Shown one piece after another: positions 38,055 through 48,698 of a DNA stretch of 64,000 nt. The notes below the pieces were generated by a model. The model was given only the letters and a program-made list of their open reading frames with translations, was not told the DNA's origin and searched no databases. The stretch is from Terriglobia bacterium. Lineage in GTDB: Bacteria > Acidobacteriota > Terriglobia > 2-12-FULL-54-10. The translations under genes were made by a program, and so were the position numbers. Location of the stretch: positions 1,664,001-1,728,000 of the forward strand of contig CAXVYR010000004.1 in assembly GCA_963666975.2 (NCBI GenBank), written 5' to 3'. Every line of letters starts with the position of its first letter. Position 1 is the first letter of the stretch.

Positions 38055-39392
38055 TTACTTGCTTGACCATACAGGTTCTGTACTCTCACCTTGAAATGTC
38101 AGTTGGCGGTGTTTCGTGCCATCTGCCAGCATGGACCATACCTGTGTGACCCCAGCCCTGTTGGACTGAAAAACAATGTGTCTGTTATCGGGCGACCAAG
38201 TGGGGTGCTCGTTGCGCCGGCTGTTGTGGGTCAGCTGCACCACCTGCCTTGTCGCCACATCCATGAGGTGGATATCGTACTCTCCCCCCCGGTCCCAGGT
38301 AAAGGCCAACAGCCTGCCATTCGGCGACCATGCGGGGTCCAGGGCCTGACTGCCCCCGCTGACAACCTGGGTTACGTTCGCCCCCTCGGAGTCCATTATG
38401 TAGATCTGCGGCTTGCCGCTGCGGTCGGAGACAAACGCAATCTGTGCTGACGTTCTCGGGTTCCAGGCGGGCGAGATATCCACTCCGCGCGCAACCGTCA
38501 GCCTTTTTAATCCCCCTCCCCGGACATCTCCCACGTAAATTTCCGGGTCGCCCGTGAAGGAGGAGGTAAAGGCGAGCTTTGTTCCGTCTGGAGACCAAGT
38601 CGGTGTTGTATTCAAGCCCTGCCGATTAAAGAACGACAGGGGGGCCTTGGTCAACAGGGAGAAAATCATGATATCAGGATTGTTCTTCCCATAGGTCGTA
38701 AAAGCGATCTGATCGCCGTCCAGGGAGATTGCCGGTGTCAGAGACAGCGTGTTCAGATGCGTGACCTGCTTCTGGTTTTTCCCGTCATAGTCCATCATCC
38801 AAATTTCTTTTACGTCGGCGCTGATCCGCCGGACGAAGGCGATCTTGGTTTCGGCGATGCCGGGAATGCCCCCGCCCAGGCGGTAGATGATTTCATTGGC
38901 AAATTTATGCGCCGTTCTCCGGACCGCTTCCCGGGTGGGTTCCTCCGCATACCGTTTTCCCAGCACGACTGGCTGCGCGCCTTCATTCTGGGGGTCCACC
39001 CGCGGGTCCACCAGCCAGCCTTCTATCATCAATCGCTCGCCCAGCCGGTAGGCGTTGCCGAGCACCAGCATGTGGGCGCTTACGGGAGGCCCGCTCCACT
39101 CCTCCAGCTTCACATCTCCCGGACGGGCAGGGACCGAGAGGGGAAAAAAGCTCCGACTAACGAGGTCTAAGATACCTGAATATTCCAGGTCATTCCAGAG
39201 GGTTTCGTCAAAAGTTCGCAGCAGGGCCGCGCTGTCGGCGGCTGCCCGGAAATTGGAGACTGCCAGCCGCGTTCGTTCCACTCCAATTCCGGTTCCGCTC
39301 CGGATGAAGTCTTCCTGAGCGCGCGCCGCGCAGGCTGCCCAAAGGATCAGGGCCGGCAGAAGAACCCGCCAATGGATTTTTCCGGTGGGCAA
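38055..39392 (-). CDS. tolB: TolB
   Basis: PD40 repeats (PTWSPDG), AHKFANEI..GGIPGIAETKIAF. Confidence 0.93.
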   Translation of the reverse strand: MPTGKIHWRVLLPALILWAACAARAQEDFIRSGTGIGVERTRLAVSNFRAAADSAALLRTFDETLWNDLEYSGILDLVSRSFFPLSVPARPGDVKLEEWSGPPVSAHMLVLGNAYRLGERLMIEGWLVDPRVDPQNEGAQPVVLGKRYAEEPTREAVRRTAHKFANEIIYRLGGGIPGIAETKIAFVRRISADVKEIWMMDYDGKNQKQVTHLNTLSLTPAISLDGDQIAFTTYGKNNPDIMIFSLLTKAPLSFFNRQGLNTTPTWSPDGTKLAFTSSFTGDPEIYVGDVRGGGLKRLTVARGVDISPAWNPRTSAQIAFVSDRSGKPQIYIMDSEGANVTQVVSGGSQALDPAWSPNGRLLAFTWDRGGEYDIHLMDVATRQVVQLTHNSRRNEHPTWSPDNRHIVFQSNRAGVTQVWSMLADGTKHRQLTFQGESTEPVWSSK

Positions 39393-39441
39393 GCTTTTCC
39401 TTTCTCCTCAAAACGGCGACGGTCCGGGATGGATCTCAGAC

Positions 39442-40356
39442 TTACCGCCGAAAATCAAACCAAAAGTCTACCGCGACACTCGGGGCGAGATAGTCGTCGG
39501 GCAGCGGCGGCATGGGACTGGAATCGTAAATGGCGCGCAGCGCCGACCGGTCCAGCGAGGCCAGCCCGCTGGAGGCGGTCAGTTGCGTGTTTACGATCCG
39601 GCCATCCCGCAATATCTGGAACGTGACATAGACGCGAGGGGCTACCCGGATGTTGGGGTTCACGGTTCCCTTCAACCAGTTGCTGCTGATCCGGTTGCGA
39701 ATTGCCGTGACGTACCATCCGTAGCGTTCGGCGAAATTCCCGGCGCTTTCGGTGAAACCGAAGCCGCCGGAGCCCGCGTCGGTTTGAAAGATGCCGTAGG
39801 GTCCCTGAGCAGGCCCGCTCTCTCCCAAGGGAATCTCATTGCCAGGCGGAGTTTCCGGCGGCGGTTTGCGCAGCCGGGCTACCTGGCGCCGGCGCGGCGG
39901 CTGACGCTCCGGCTCCTTCTGGGCCGCTGCTTGTTCGGAAGCCTCCGGCTTTGCAATTTTCGGCTCTGCTTTTTTAGGAACCACCTTGGCGTTGCGAGCC
40001 GGCAGATCAACGGCTTCTTCGGCTTTTTCCGGCGTGTCAGGCTTTTTAGTTGCCGCCGGCTGGGGGGGTTCCGGGGAGTGCAAGGCCGGGTCTTCGGTTG
40101 CGACATTGTTTTTGGTCGCAATCCGGGGCGCGGGCAAAGGAACGCTGGCGGCGCTGACCAGTTGCACCGTGGCTGCCCCTCCGGTAGAACTCACCCCCCA
40201 CACCAACCCATTATGTGCAGTGAGGACTCCGATTAAGCTGGCAGCCACCAGGAAGACATGACCCGCTACCGAGATCAACAGCGGCCTGCGCAGCAGCCCT
40301 CTGCCGCTAGCCGTTTCCCGCCGTTCCGCTGGATTGCTTCCCCGCACTTTCGACAC
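39442..40356 (-). CDS. tolA: TolA/TonB-family protein
   Basis: TM with SVAGH motif, Pro/Lys-rich linker, C-terminal SSG..LDRSALRAI. Confidence 0.8.
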   Translation of the reverse strand: MSKVRGSNPAERRETASGRGLLRRPLLISVAGHVFLVAASLIGVLTAHNGLVWGVSSTGGAATVQLVSAASVPLPAPRIATKNNVATEDPALHSPEPPQPAATKKPDTPEKAEEAVDLPARNAKVVPKKAEPKIAKPEASEQAAAQKEPERQPPRRRQVARLRKPPPETPPGNEIPLGESGPAQGPYGIFQTDAGSGGFGFTESAGNFAERYGWYVTAIRNRISSNWLKGTVNPNIRVAPRVYVTFQILRDGRIVNTQLTASSGLASLDRSALRAIYDSSPMPPLPDDYLAPSVAVDFWFDFRR

Positions 40357-40407
40357 TCGATAGCCCCTTTGCTCTTGCCGCTTTCTTCAACCGTTATCCG
40401 CAATACA

Positions 40408-40827
40408 CTATCTGCGCCGCCCCTGCGGTTCTGTCACCATGCTGATTTGCTCGATCCCGGCCAGACGCAGCTCGTCCACCACCATGGCGACCGTGCCGAA
40501 GGGCACGTCCTTGTCGGCCCGCAGAAACACCGACTGCCGTTTGTCCGAGCCCGCTTTTTCGCGCAGCAGGGGACCCAGCCGGTTAATGTTTACCGGGTCG
40601 CTGCCCAAGAACAACCGCTGCCCCCGGTCGATGCTGACCACCAATCTCTCTTGGGAAATTTCCCGGACGGTTCGCGTCTGCGGCACATCCAGTTCAATGC
40701 CGGATTGCAGGATGGGCGCCGTCAGCATGAAGATCACCAGCAGCACCAGCAGCACGTCCACGAAGGGCGTCACGTTGATGTCGGAAAGCGATGTTTGCGT
40801 TCTTCCTTGAGGGTTGGTAAATGCCAT
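40408..40827 (-). CDS. tolR: TolR
   Basis: INVTPFVDVLLVLLVIFMLTAP, LRADK. Confidence 0.93.
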   Translation of the reverse strand: MAFTNPQGRTQTSLSDINVTPFVDVLLVLLVIFMLTAPILQSGIELDVPQTRTVREISQERLVVSIDRGQRLFLGSDPVNINRLGPLLREKAGSDKRQSVFLRADKDVPFGTVAMVVDELRLAGIEQISMVTEPQGRRR

Positions 40828-41023
40828 GATAAACGCCTCGTCCTAATATGGTTCCGATGCCAAGGCCAACCGCAGGGTTGCCGGAAGTTGTTCCCTATGT
40901 CAAACTTGGTTCAACCCGGATTCAATCTTGGTTCACCTTGTCATTATCTTGCAGCGGGTCTTGCATCCGTCTTGCCGTGAGCCTGGCATTTTGCCTGGCT
41001 TTGAGTTCCAGTTCTTGGTTGCT

Positions 41024-41713
41024 TCAGGTTTGGTTTCGTTCAGCCGCGTTCTGAAATTCCAGGGAAAAATTATCCATCCGTGTTCCCGCTTCCTTGATCT
41101 GGCTCAGGAAGTGGTTATAGCCGATCACGGCCGGGACCGCCACGAATAGCCCCGCCGCAGTAGCCACCAGCGCCTCCGCAATCCCCGGCCCGACGGCGCG
41201 CAGGCTGGCTGCTCCGGCGGCTCCCAGGCCGAGAAAAGCGTCCATAATGCCCCAAACAGTTCCGAATAATCCAATGAACGGCGTCACGGCGCCGGCCGTG
41301 GCCAGCCAGTTCAGGTTTTCTTCCAGTTCGCTCAGTTGCTGGCTGGAGGCGATTTGCAGGGTCCGCCCCAGGGCGGCCGGGTTCGTGACGGGCCCGCCGG
41401 GATTGCCCACCTGATGGACTACCTCCTTGTATCCTGCCTCAAAAATGACTTTCAGCGGCTGGGAAGGAAAGTTGTCCGCGAGCACATGCATGTCGGAAAG
41501 TTTGAGGGTCCGGCGAAAGGCTTTCGCAAACTGGTCGCTTTGCACCTGCAAAATCTTAAATTGCTTCCATTTGGAATAGATGATCGCCCAGGAAAAGATG
41601 GAAAAACAAAGCAATACCACCAGGACAATTCTCGCGACAACGCCCGTCTGAGCAATCAGGCTGGGAATGTCGGTCTGTATTAAAGAAAGGAGTAAAACGG
41701 CAAATACGTTCAA
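41024..41713 (-). CDS. tolQ: TolQ
   Basis: PFIGLFGTVWGIM, GIAEALVATAAGL. Confidence 0.93.
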   Translation of the reverse strand: MNVFAVLLLSLIQTDIPSLIAQTGVVARIVLVVLLCFSIFSWAIIYSKWKQFKILQVQSDQFAKAFRRTLKLSDMHVLADNFPSQPLKVIFEAGYKEVVHQVGNPGGPVTNPAALGRTLQIASSQQLSELEENLNWLATAGAVTPFIGLFGTVWGIMDAFLGLGAAGAASLRAVGPGIAEALVATAAGLFVAVPAVIGYNHFLSQIKEAGTRMDNFSLEFQNAAERNQT

Positions 41714-41992
41714 TCGACAGCGCCTCGGCTTACATTCCTTAGTGGTCGCACCAATACGGGTCCAATCACGGTTCCAGCAATGGTTTCCTGAGTCTCAAAT
41801 TATCACAGGGCCAGGCAGCCGTCAATTTGTATCGTGTTGCGGCGCTGTAGGTTGCGTGCCGAAAGAGGCAATGGGGAAGGAAGGGGCCGACGCCATTATT
41901 CCATCACGCCCAATTGGATATTCCAATTTGCCGTGGGTTTGTCAATTTAAAAAAAAGCCCCCTCTGGCAGGAGTTCCGAACGAAAAAATGTT

Positions 41993-42592
41993 CTAGATCT
42001 CCCGGCGACCTTCCATTGCCTTGGAGATCGTCACCTGGTCCGCATACTCCAGGTCTCCTCCCACCGGCATGCCCAGCGCGATCCGCGTAACGCTCACGCC
42101 CAGCGGCTTGAGGAGCTTGGAAAGATAAACGGCCGTCGCCTCCCCCTCCACATTGGGGTTGGTGGCAACGATCACCTCTTCTACCGCGCCGCTTTTTAGC
42201 CGCTCCACCAGGTTTGCCGTCCGTAGCTGTTCCGGCCCGATGCCGTGAAGCGGCGATAAAGCGCCGTGCAATACGTGGTAGTAGCCCCTGTAGTTTCCGG
42301 TTCTTTCAATCGGGAGAATGTCCTCCGGCCCTTCGATGACGCAAAGAAGCTTCGCGTTGCGGGAAGGGTCCGAGCAGTATGCGCAGGGATTCACCTCGGT
42401 CACATTGTTGCAGAGGTCGCACAGCCGGATGTTTTCCTTCACGTCTCGAAGAGCGGCGGCCAGACGTTCCACATCGTGCGTTCCCGCCTTCAGAACGTGG
42501 AATGCGATCCGCTGGGCCGATTTCGAACCGATGCCAGGCAGGCGCTCCAGATCCTCAATCAGCCGTGCCATTGGTTTTGCGTATTCGGGCAT
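41993..42592 (-). CDS. recR: recombination protein RecR
   Basis: [11 protein letters not shown] HhH, C4 zinc finger, [17 protein letters not shown]. Confidence 0.97.
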   Translation of the reverse strand: MPEYAKPMARLIEDLERLPGIGSKSAQRIAFHVLKAGTHDVERLAAALRDVKENIRLCDLCNNVTEVNPCAYCSDPSRNAKLLCVIEGPEDILPIERTGNYRGYYHVLHGALSPLHGIGPEQLRTANLVERLKSGAVEEVIVATNPNVEGEATAVYLSKLLKPLGVSVTRIALGMPVGGDLEYADQVTISKAMEGRREI

Positions 42593-42618
42593 TGGGTCAC
42601 TACTGCAATCGGGCGGAA

Positions 42619-42921
42619 CTAGAAAATTCCGGGCAGATTCATGCCGCCCGCCAGGCCTCCCAGCTTCTCCGCCAGGGCCTCGTCCGCTTTGCGCACCGCC
42701 TCATTCACGGCCGCCTGCAACAGGTCTTCGAGCATCTCCACATCGCCGCCCTTCACCGCCTCCGGGTCGATCTTCACAGACAGCAGATGCTTCGTGCCGT
42801 TCATGCTTACCGTCACGATCCCGCCTCCGGAGGAAGCCTCCACGCGCAGGGTTTCCATCTGCTCCTTCATCTCCTGCTGCATCTTCTTTACCTGGCTCAT
42901 CATTTGCTGCATGTTGCGCAT
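42619..42921 (-). CDS. ybaB: YbaB/EbfC nucleoid-associated protein
   Basis: [25 protein letters not shown]; between dnaX and recR. Confidence 0.93.
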   Translation of the reverse strand: MRNMQQMMSQVKKMQQEMKEQMETLRVEASSGGGIVTVSMNGTKHLLSVKIDPEAVKGGDVEMLEDLLQAAVNEAVRKADEALAEKLGGLAGGMNLPGIF

Positions 42922-42925
42922 GGAA

Positions 42926-44779
42926 CTATCCCTTCCGTCCGCGAATCCGCGTGACCTGTTTGCCAAAAATCTTCTCAAACTCCACCACGCCGGGGTCCCG
43001 TCTGGCGCGCTCCTCGACCGCGCCGGCGGGGTTTGTCTCCGCTTGTTCGGCGGCGCGCGTCTCACCCTGGAGTAACTTCACCCGGACCTTGCGTCCCAAA
43101 ACCGCCGTCGCGAGTTGGTTGAGCAATAGACGGTCCTGCTCCGTAAAGAGTTGAACCAGGCCATTGTCGGTTAACTCGATCCTTACTTCCTCTCCTCCCC
43201 ATTTCCACCCGCTGGCACGAGACAGCAGAGAGGCCAGCGCAGGTTTCGATTGCTCCTCCAGCCGCCGCAGGACTTCCCCCGTCCATGCCTCTTCCTGCGC
43301 TGAAAGGGCTGCATTGGCTTCCGGGATGGGAGCCAGCTTCGCAGCGGTGGCGGTGGCGACAGCAATGCCACCGGCGGCTTCACGAACGGGATGCTCCCCT
43401 CCTGAAGATGCAGACACGGAGGGTCCTTTCTCCGAAATCCCGCCCGGCGAAAGTTCCGCATGGGCCGAGGGTTCGGGTGTTTGCTTCTTGCGGCGGAGAT
43501 CCCGCTCGAACGGGCTCAGGCGCTCGGAACGGGCAGCTTGATCGGATGTGGGATCAGGCGGTCTCTGCGCTGCTCCGTGGCTGGGAACCTCGCGGGAAAC
43601 AGCGGCAGTCTTCGGGCGTGCAGCAGCGTCTGTGTCCACATTGGTTCCCGGCTTATTTTCCATTTGGGCCAGCAGGTCTTCGATGGCAACAAGCCGCTCG
43701 GCGTCCACCAGCTTCAGCAGGCCCAGCTCCAGATGAAAACGGGGTTGCGTGCTGTGCCGCAACTGTTGGTTGAGAGCGAGCAGTATCTCCAAAAAGCGGG
43801 TGAGATTCTCTTCGGTGAAATTTTGCGCCATCGCCGCCAGCCGCTCGCTCTCCTCCGCTGTCGATTCCAGCAAGCGCGGCTGCGCGCCCGCCACCCGCAC
43901 GACCAGCAGGTTCCGCGCGGCGAGGACCAGTTGAGAGCAAAAGTGGGCCAGTTGATAACCTTCCTCCACCAGCTTCTCCACCACATCGAGCAACCGCTCC
44001 CGTTTTTGCGCGAGCACGGCGTTAAACACTTCCTCCAGCAACTCGGAGGGCACCGCTCCCAGCAAGCGCGCCACCGCCGGACCTTCCAAACTCGTACCAA
44101 AGGCGGCAATCACTTGCTCCAGCCTGGATAAGGAATCCCGCACGCTTCCCTCGCCGGACCGCGCCAGCGCCACCAAAGCTTCCGGCTGCGCTTGAATCTT
44201 CTCCCCGGCACAGACCGCTTCCAGATGGGCGAGAATCTCGGCAAACGCAACCGCATGGAAGTTAAAGTGCTGGCACCGGGAAAGAATGGTATCCGGGAAT
44301 TGATGAACCTCGGTGGTGGCCAGGATAAAAACAACGTGCGGGGGCGGCTCTTCCAGCGTCTTCAGCAGCGCGTTGAAACCTTCCGGGGTGATCTGGTGAG
44401 CTTCATCGATGATGAATACCTTGTAGCGGTCGCGCGCCGGGGCGTAGCGCGCGTTTTCGCGCAACTCCCGCACGGCGTCAATGCCGCGATTGGAGGCGGC
44501 GTCAACTTCAATGACGTCCACGGCGCGGCCGGCGGCGATCTCCTGGCACGAGTCACACTCTCCGCAAGACTCCGGGGCGGGACCTTTCCGGCAGTTCAGC
44601 GATTTGGCCAGCAGGCGGGCGACGGTGGTTTTGCCGACTCCGCGCTGGCCCGAAAAAATGTAGCCGTGGCCGATGCGGCCGAGGCGGATGGCGTTCTCCA
44701 GCGTCTGGGTCACATGCTTCTGCCCTATTACTTCGGAAAATCGCCGGGGCCGCCATGTGCGTGCGAGGACTTGATACAA
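42926..44779 (-). CDS. dnaX: DNA polymerase III gamma/tau
   Basis: LARTWRP, GQRGVGKTT, IIDEAH, NALLKTLEEPP, SRC. Confidence 0.96.
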   Translation of the reverse strand: MYQVLARTWRPRRFSEVIGQKHVTQTLENAIRLGRIGHGYIFSGQRGVGKTTVARLLAKSLNCRKGPAPESCGECDSCQEIAAGRAVDVIEVDAASNRGIDAVRELRENARYAPARDRYKVFIIDEAHQITPEGFNALLKTLEEPPPHVVFILATTEVHQFPDTILSRCQHFNFHAVAFAEILAHLEAVCAGEKIQAQPEALVALARSGEGSVRDSLSRLEQVIAAFGTSLEGPAVARLLGAVPSELLEEVFNAVLAQKRERLLDVVEKLVEEGYQLAHFCSQLVLAARNLLVVRVAGAQPRLLESTAEESERLAAMAQNFTEENLTRFLEILLALNQQLRHSTQPRFHLELGLLKLVDAERLVAIEDLLAQMENKPGTNVDTDAAARPKTAAVSREVPSHGAAQRPPDPTSDQAARSERLSPFERDLRRKKQTPEPSAHAELSPGGISEKGPSVSASSGGEHPVREAAGGIAVATATAAKLAPIPEANAALSAQEEAWTGEVLRRLEEQSKPALASLLSRASGWKWGGEEVRIELTDNGLVQLFTEQDRLLLNQLATAVLGRKVRVKLLQGETRAAEQAETNPAGAVEERARRDPGVVEFEKIFGKQVTRIRGRKG

Positions 44780-44886
44780 GGTAATTCTGGAAAACGGGTT
44801 CGTCGTGTTCTCTGCTGGCGGGAGGCAAAACTGCTCGGCTGCCGCCCATCAAGCCCGTAAATTGAGAGCACGGAAATTATTGGCCA

Positions 44887-44986
44887 GACTTCGGGTGGTT
44901 CTGTGGCACATAGAAGCTCCCTCTACCGTTGCTTCCTTCCGGACCTGGCGGGGTTTGAAGGTTTCTATTGCACAGAGCCCGAAGCC
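44887..44986 (-). ncRNA. ffs: small SRP (4.5S) RNA
   Basis: GCCAGGTCCGGAAGGAAGCAAC domain IV within a long hairpin; upstream of dnaX. Confidence 0.93.
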
Positions 44987-45119
44987 TGATAAATGGGACT
45001 CGTCTTTCTCCCGGCCTTCTTTCTTGCTCCCGGTTATGGTAGCACCTCCCCTGCCGGCTGGCAATGAAGGCTCAAGAATGGGTAGTGTCTTAAAAGTGCG
45101 TTGGTGGGCTGATGGAGGT

Positions 45120-46189
45120 TTAGTCAATTGTGTGCACGTATTTGCGAATATTCGGCTTTTGTCGATCAAGCTGTGATTGATTAACCTGAATGCGCCTTCC
45201 GGCTAAGTTTTTGGTGCCAGCGGCAAGACTCGAAATTGGAATACCAAGCGCACCAGATACAACCGAAGCAGTATTGGCATCATTGATTTCCACTTGGAAC
45301 ATCTCCCGAAATTCTCTCTGATTTCTCGGTGCAGACCGTCCGGCGGGATGAATCGCAAATTGGTTTGGATTTGCTTGCCATACGGACCATATTTCCTTGC
45401 CGATTTCATTGACCACGGTTTTAAATGCGCTCGCTGCGCCCAGGTTCATTTGCGTCAGGCGATTGCCGACATAGTTATAGATTTTTGGCGCAGACATTCT
45501 GAATTGTTGAGAGTTCAAGTAAAATTCGGATTGCTCCGCACCCTTTACCCTGGTGGCACCATATAGCAATGCCAAAACTGCACGAACGGCACGTTTAGAT
45601 GATCCGTCCGCCGAGAAAGGGATGATTAAACGATCCGATGCAGACATGGCCAGTTCCGTGTAAACGGAAAAGCTTGGGTTGCAGTCAATAAAAACGGTCG
45701 ATTCATTAACATTCCATGAGTGCCGAATATCAGCAATTAGATCGCTGATCCACGTATGAACTATGCGCCAAGCGTCCGTGGGGCCAGGATTTGTAGCGTT
45801 TGAAACCCGCGAAGTTTGAACTTCCAGACTCTCATCGCCAGTTCTCCTTCTACGACCAAAAATAGATTCTTCGGCAATTGATCGTTGTATGTATGAGCGT
45901 TCACAACAAATTTCCCGCCGACCTTCGGGCTTACGTAAGGGCTGCGAATCCGCTCATCAATATAGCCAGCAATCGTTCGCCTCCTAGTGCTGCTTGCGAT
46001 TTCGACCAGATGTTCCTCTCCACGTATAATGCCGCCTAACAACATACTCGAAGCATTGGCTTGCGGGCAGAGATCAATGACAAGAATTTTTTGATCGGGA
46101 TGGGTCTTCGCATATTCGGAAGCGATCTGGAAGGTGAGATAGCTCTTGCCTACCCCTCCCTTGTTATTCCATGTAGCGTATATGGCCAT
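45120..46189 (-). pseudogene. ParA-family ATPase, frameshifted near 45840-45850
   Basis: NNKGGVGKS, DLCPQANAS, then after one frame change FIDCNPSFS..ASDRLIIP. Confidence 0.8.
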
Positions 46190-46323
46190 GCAATCCTCAC
46201 TGTTTAAAGTTGTCAGACAGTCGGAATATTGAATGAATCGAAAGGTTTAGTGGTAATGTTTTTTCAAATTATTGTGGAGTTTAAGCAAACCCATTGAGGT
46301 GTTTAGTTTACAAGCTAACAAGA

Positions 46324-46786
46324 TTACACCAGAAGGTCACCGATTGTCCATATCCGATCCTCAATCCCTGCCTCCATTGCCGGTGTCATCCGAATTGTCC
46401 GATGAACCCGGCAGAAGTTGTACCAGGCAAAATATACCGCAAGTGCAGCTTTCAGGTTTGCCCACTTCTTTGAGAAGGCATTCGTCAGCCGGGTCAGCCG
46501 TCTCATCTGCATTCTCATGGTGAGGTTTTGCCTTTCCACATGAGACGTGCAGATGCGGTCACGGTCAGGATTTCCCATGACTGGGGTCATCCGAATTGTC
46601 CGATGAACCCGGCAGAAGTTGTACCAGGCAAAATATACCGCAAGTGCAGCTTTCAGGTTTGCCCACTTCTTTGAGAAGGCATTCGTCAGCCGGGTCAGCC
46701 GTCTCATCTGCATTCTCATGGTGAGGTTTTGCCTTTCCACATGAGACGTGCAGATGCGGTCACGGTCAGGATTTCCCATGACTGGG
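46324..46786 (-). mobile_element. IS1-like transposase C-terminal remnant with a 201-bp tandem duplication
   Basis: TSHVERQNLTMRM..RRLTRLTNAFSKK..YNFCRVH..TPAMEAG; units 46385-46585 and 46586-46786. Confidence 0.8.
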
Positions 46787-46887
46787 GTTGGGACCTTCGC
46801 AGGGAGAAAAGCAGACTTTCACCCGTTGGACACAATCCACACGGTCGATCAGAGCCGTGTCAATCGCGTCCGGGCAGGCCGCCGCTA

Positions 46888-47163
46888 CTAGCCCACTCTG
46901 CGCGCCTTCTGAGCCAAGTGGAGCCGGTCCAGGGCTTGGCGAACAAACGTCTTGATGACCGCCTGGCGGCTTACGTTCAGTTCCGATGCAGCTTGATCCA
47001 GTTCCTGCAACATGGACGCGGTGAAATCCACGTTCACCCTCTGGATGGGCTGCATCATCTTGCCGCGATTCGTGAAAAAGCGCGACACATCTTTGCCCCG
47101 GTCCGCCATCCGTGCGATGGACTCGGCCGAGGGAACCTTCTTCGTTTCACGCGTTCGCTTCAT
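46888..47163 (-). CDS. CopG/RHH antitoxin (BrnA-like)
   Basis: RVNVDFTASMLQELDQAA..VSRQAVIK; overlaps the toxin gene. Confidence 0.8.
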   Translation of the reverse strand: MKRTRETKKVPSAESIARMADRGKDVSRFFTNRGKMMQPIQRVNVDFTASMLQELDQAASELNVSRQAVIKTFVRQALDRLHLAQKARRVG

Positions 47164-47425
47164 ACAACTGCTTCTCCTCCTGCGTGGATCGCCAGAGCGT
47201 CACCAAATGACAATACTCGCCGATGCGATCCTCCCTGATTTCGAAGATCACGGTAAACAGGCGGTCTTTCACCCATCCGATGGCGCGATACTGCTCCGGA
47301 TCGTCCGAGCGCTGGTCTTGATAGTAGGGATGCTCGAATATCTCCTGGGCCTCTTCGAAGCCAATCCCTCGCCTCGGGTTCCTCCGCAAGGACTCGCTCT
47401 TCAATTTGCTGAACCGGAAGCGCAT
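47147..47425 (-). CDS. BrnT-family toxin
   Basis: KSESLR..RGIGFEEAQEIF..EQYRAIG..EEKQLY. Confidence 0.85.
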   Translation of the reverse strand: MRFRFSKLKSESLRRNPRRGIGFEEAQEIFEHPYYQDQRSDDPEQYRAIGWVKDRLFTVIFEIREDRIGEYCHLVTLWRSTQEEKQLYEANA

Positions 47426-47672
47426 CGCTGTTCTAGTATAACTGTTATACCATAAAAGCGGTCTCCGAGGCCATGCGCGCCTGCCTTTTCTGAATCCTTT
47501 CCTCGGCAGTTGAATCTTACAAAGCAGGACCTTGGAAGTCGGCGGCCAAGAGAGTCGGCAACAGACGGTCCTGCAACGGGCAGCCAGCAGAAAGGCCCGT
47601 TGCGTCTCGACCGGTCCGGTTCTTGCCGGGCATGTCCTGGGCGCAGGTGTTCATCGCAGCTGTTCATCTGTG

Positions 47673-48380
47673 ATGCGGAATCGGATTGATATCGTTCAGG
47701 AGGAACCAATCAGCGTCGAAAAAAGCGCCGAAGCAGAAGGCGATGCAGAACTGGTCCGCCGGGCCCAGCAAGGAGAAAAAGAAGCCTTTGCCACGCTGGT
47801 GAGCCGTCATGAGAAAAGAGTCTACTGGATTGTCCAGGGGATTCTGCAAAACCAGGCGGACGCGGAAGAAGTCCTCCAGGAGAGCTTTTTGAAAGCAATG
47901 CAACACATCGGGGGATTTCGCGGCGAGGCCCGGTTCAGCACATGGCTCATACAAATCACCATCAATGAAGCCCGGATGAGGCAGCGGAAATACCGGGCGG
48001 GACTGTATGACTCCCTCGACGAACCACGCGACGACCCATCGGATTTCCGGCCACGGGAACTGGTCGATTGGCGCGCCAATCCGAAAGAGACGATGGCAAA
48101 CGAAGAGATGGGGTTGCTGTTGCAACGAGCCGTTCGCTCCCTGCCCCCAATATATCGCGAGGTATTTCTGCTGCGCGACGCAGAGCAGTTCTCGAACGAG
48201 GAAACGGCCGGGGCGCTGGGGATCAGCACTTCCGCAACCAAAACCCGCCTTTTGCAGGCGCGCCTGATGATGAGGGAATTCCTGGCGCCTCATTTCAAGC
48301 TGAACTGGCGCGAACGGCTGCTGGCCCGAGTGAAACGGCGCGGGAGGTCGCGCGCGGGAGGTCACCATGATCCGCTGTGA
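47673..48380 (+). CDS. ECF sigma factor
   Basis: DAEEVLQESFLKA, FSTWLIQITINEA, region 4 LPPIYREVFLLRD. Confidence 0.92.
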   Translation: MRNRIDIVQEEPISVEKSAEAEGDAELVRRAQQGEKEAFATLVSRHEKRVYWIVQGILQNQADAEEVLQESFLKAMQHIGGFRGEARFSTWLIQITINEARMRQRKYRAGLYDSLDEPRDDPSDFRPRELVDWRANPKETMANEEMGLLLQRAVRSLPPIYREVFLLRDAEQFSNEETAGALGISTSATKTRLLQARLMMREFLAPHFKLNWRERLLARVKRRGRSRAGGHHDPL

Positions 48381-48642
48381 AGAGATCTTGCGAGAGATTT
48401 CCAACTACATCGACGACGACGTCACGCCCGAATTGCGCCGCCAGGTGGAACAGCACCTCGGCGACTGCCGCCGTTGCACGGTGCTGGTGAACACCACACG
48501 CCAGACGCTGACCTTAGTTGGGGACCATTGCATCTTGGAACTGCCGAAAGAGGTCGCCGAACGGCTCATGAACCGGCTGAACGCCTGCTGGGGTACACTA
48601 TCTACCCCCCCACCCGAAAACGGTTTGGAGCGGGAACGTTAA
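48367..48642 (+). CDS. zf-HC2 anti-sigma factor
   Basis: C..ISNYIDD..HLGDCRRC. Confidence 0.9.
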   Translation: MIRCEEILREISNYIDDDVTPELRRQVEQHLGDCRRCTVLVNTTRQTLTLVGDHCILELPKEVAERLMNRLNACWGTLSTPPPENGLERER

Positions 48643-48698
48643 GGCTGATCTCAATTAGCTGGAACTGCCGGCGAAAGGGACATCTGAAAGGAACATTC

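Noticed and set aside
42926-44779. Programmed gamma/tau frameshift in dnaX
   Set aside because: No A-AAA-AAG or long poly-A slippery site seen
45841-45852. 12-mer GTTCTCCTTCTA shared by the ParA frameshift site and the IS256 RBS region (59231-59242)
   Set aside because: Too short to exclude chance and internal to the IS rather than at its end, so not a credible excision footprint
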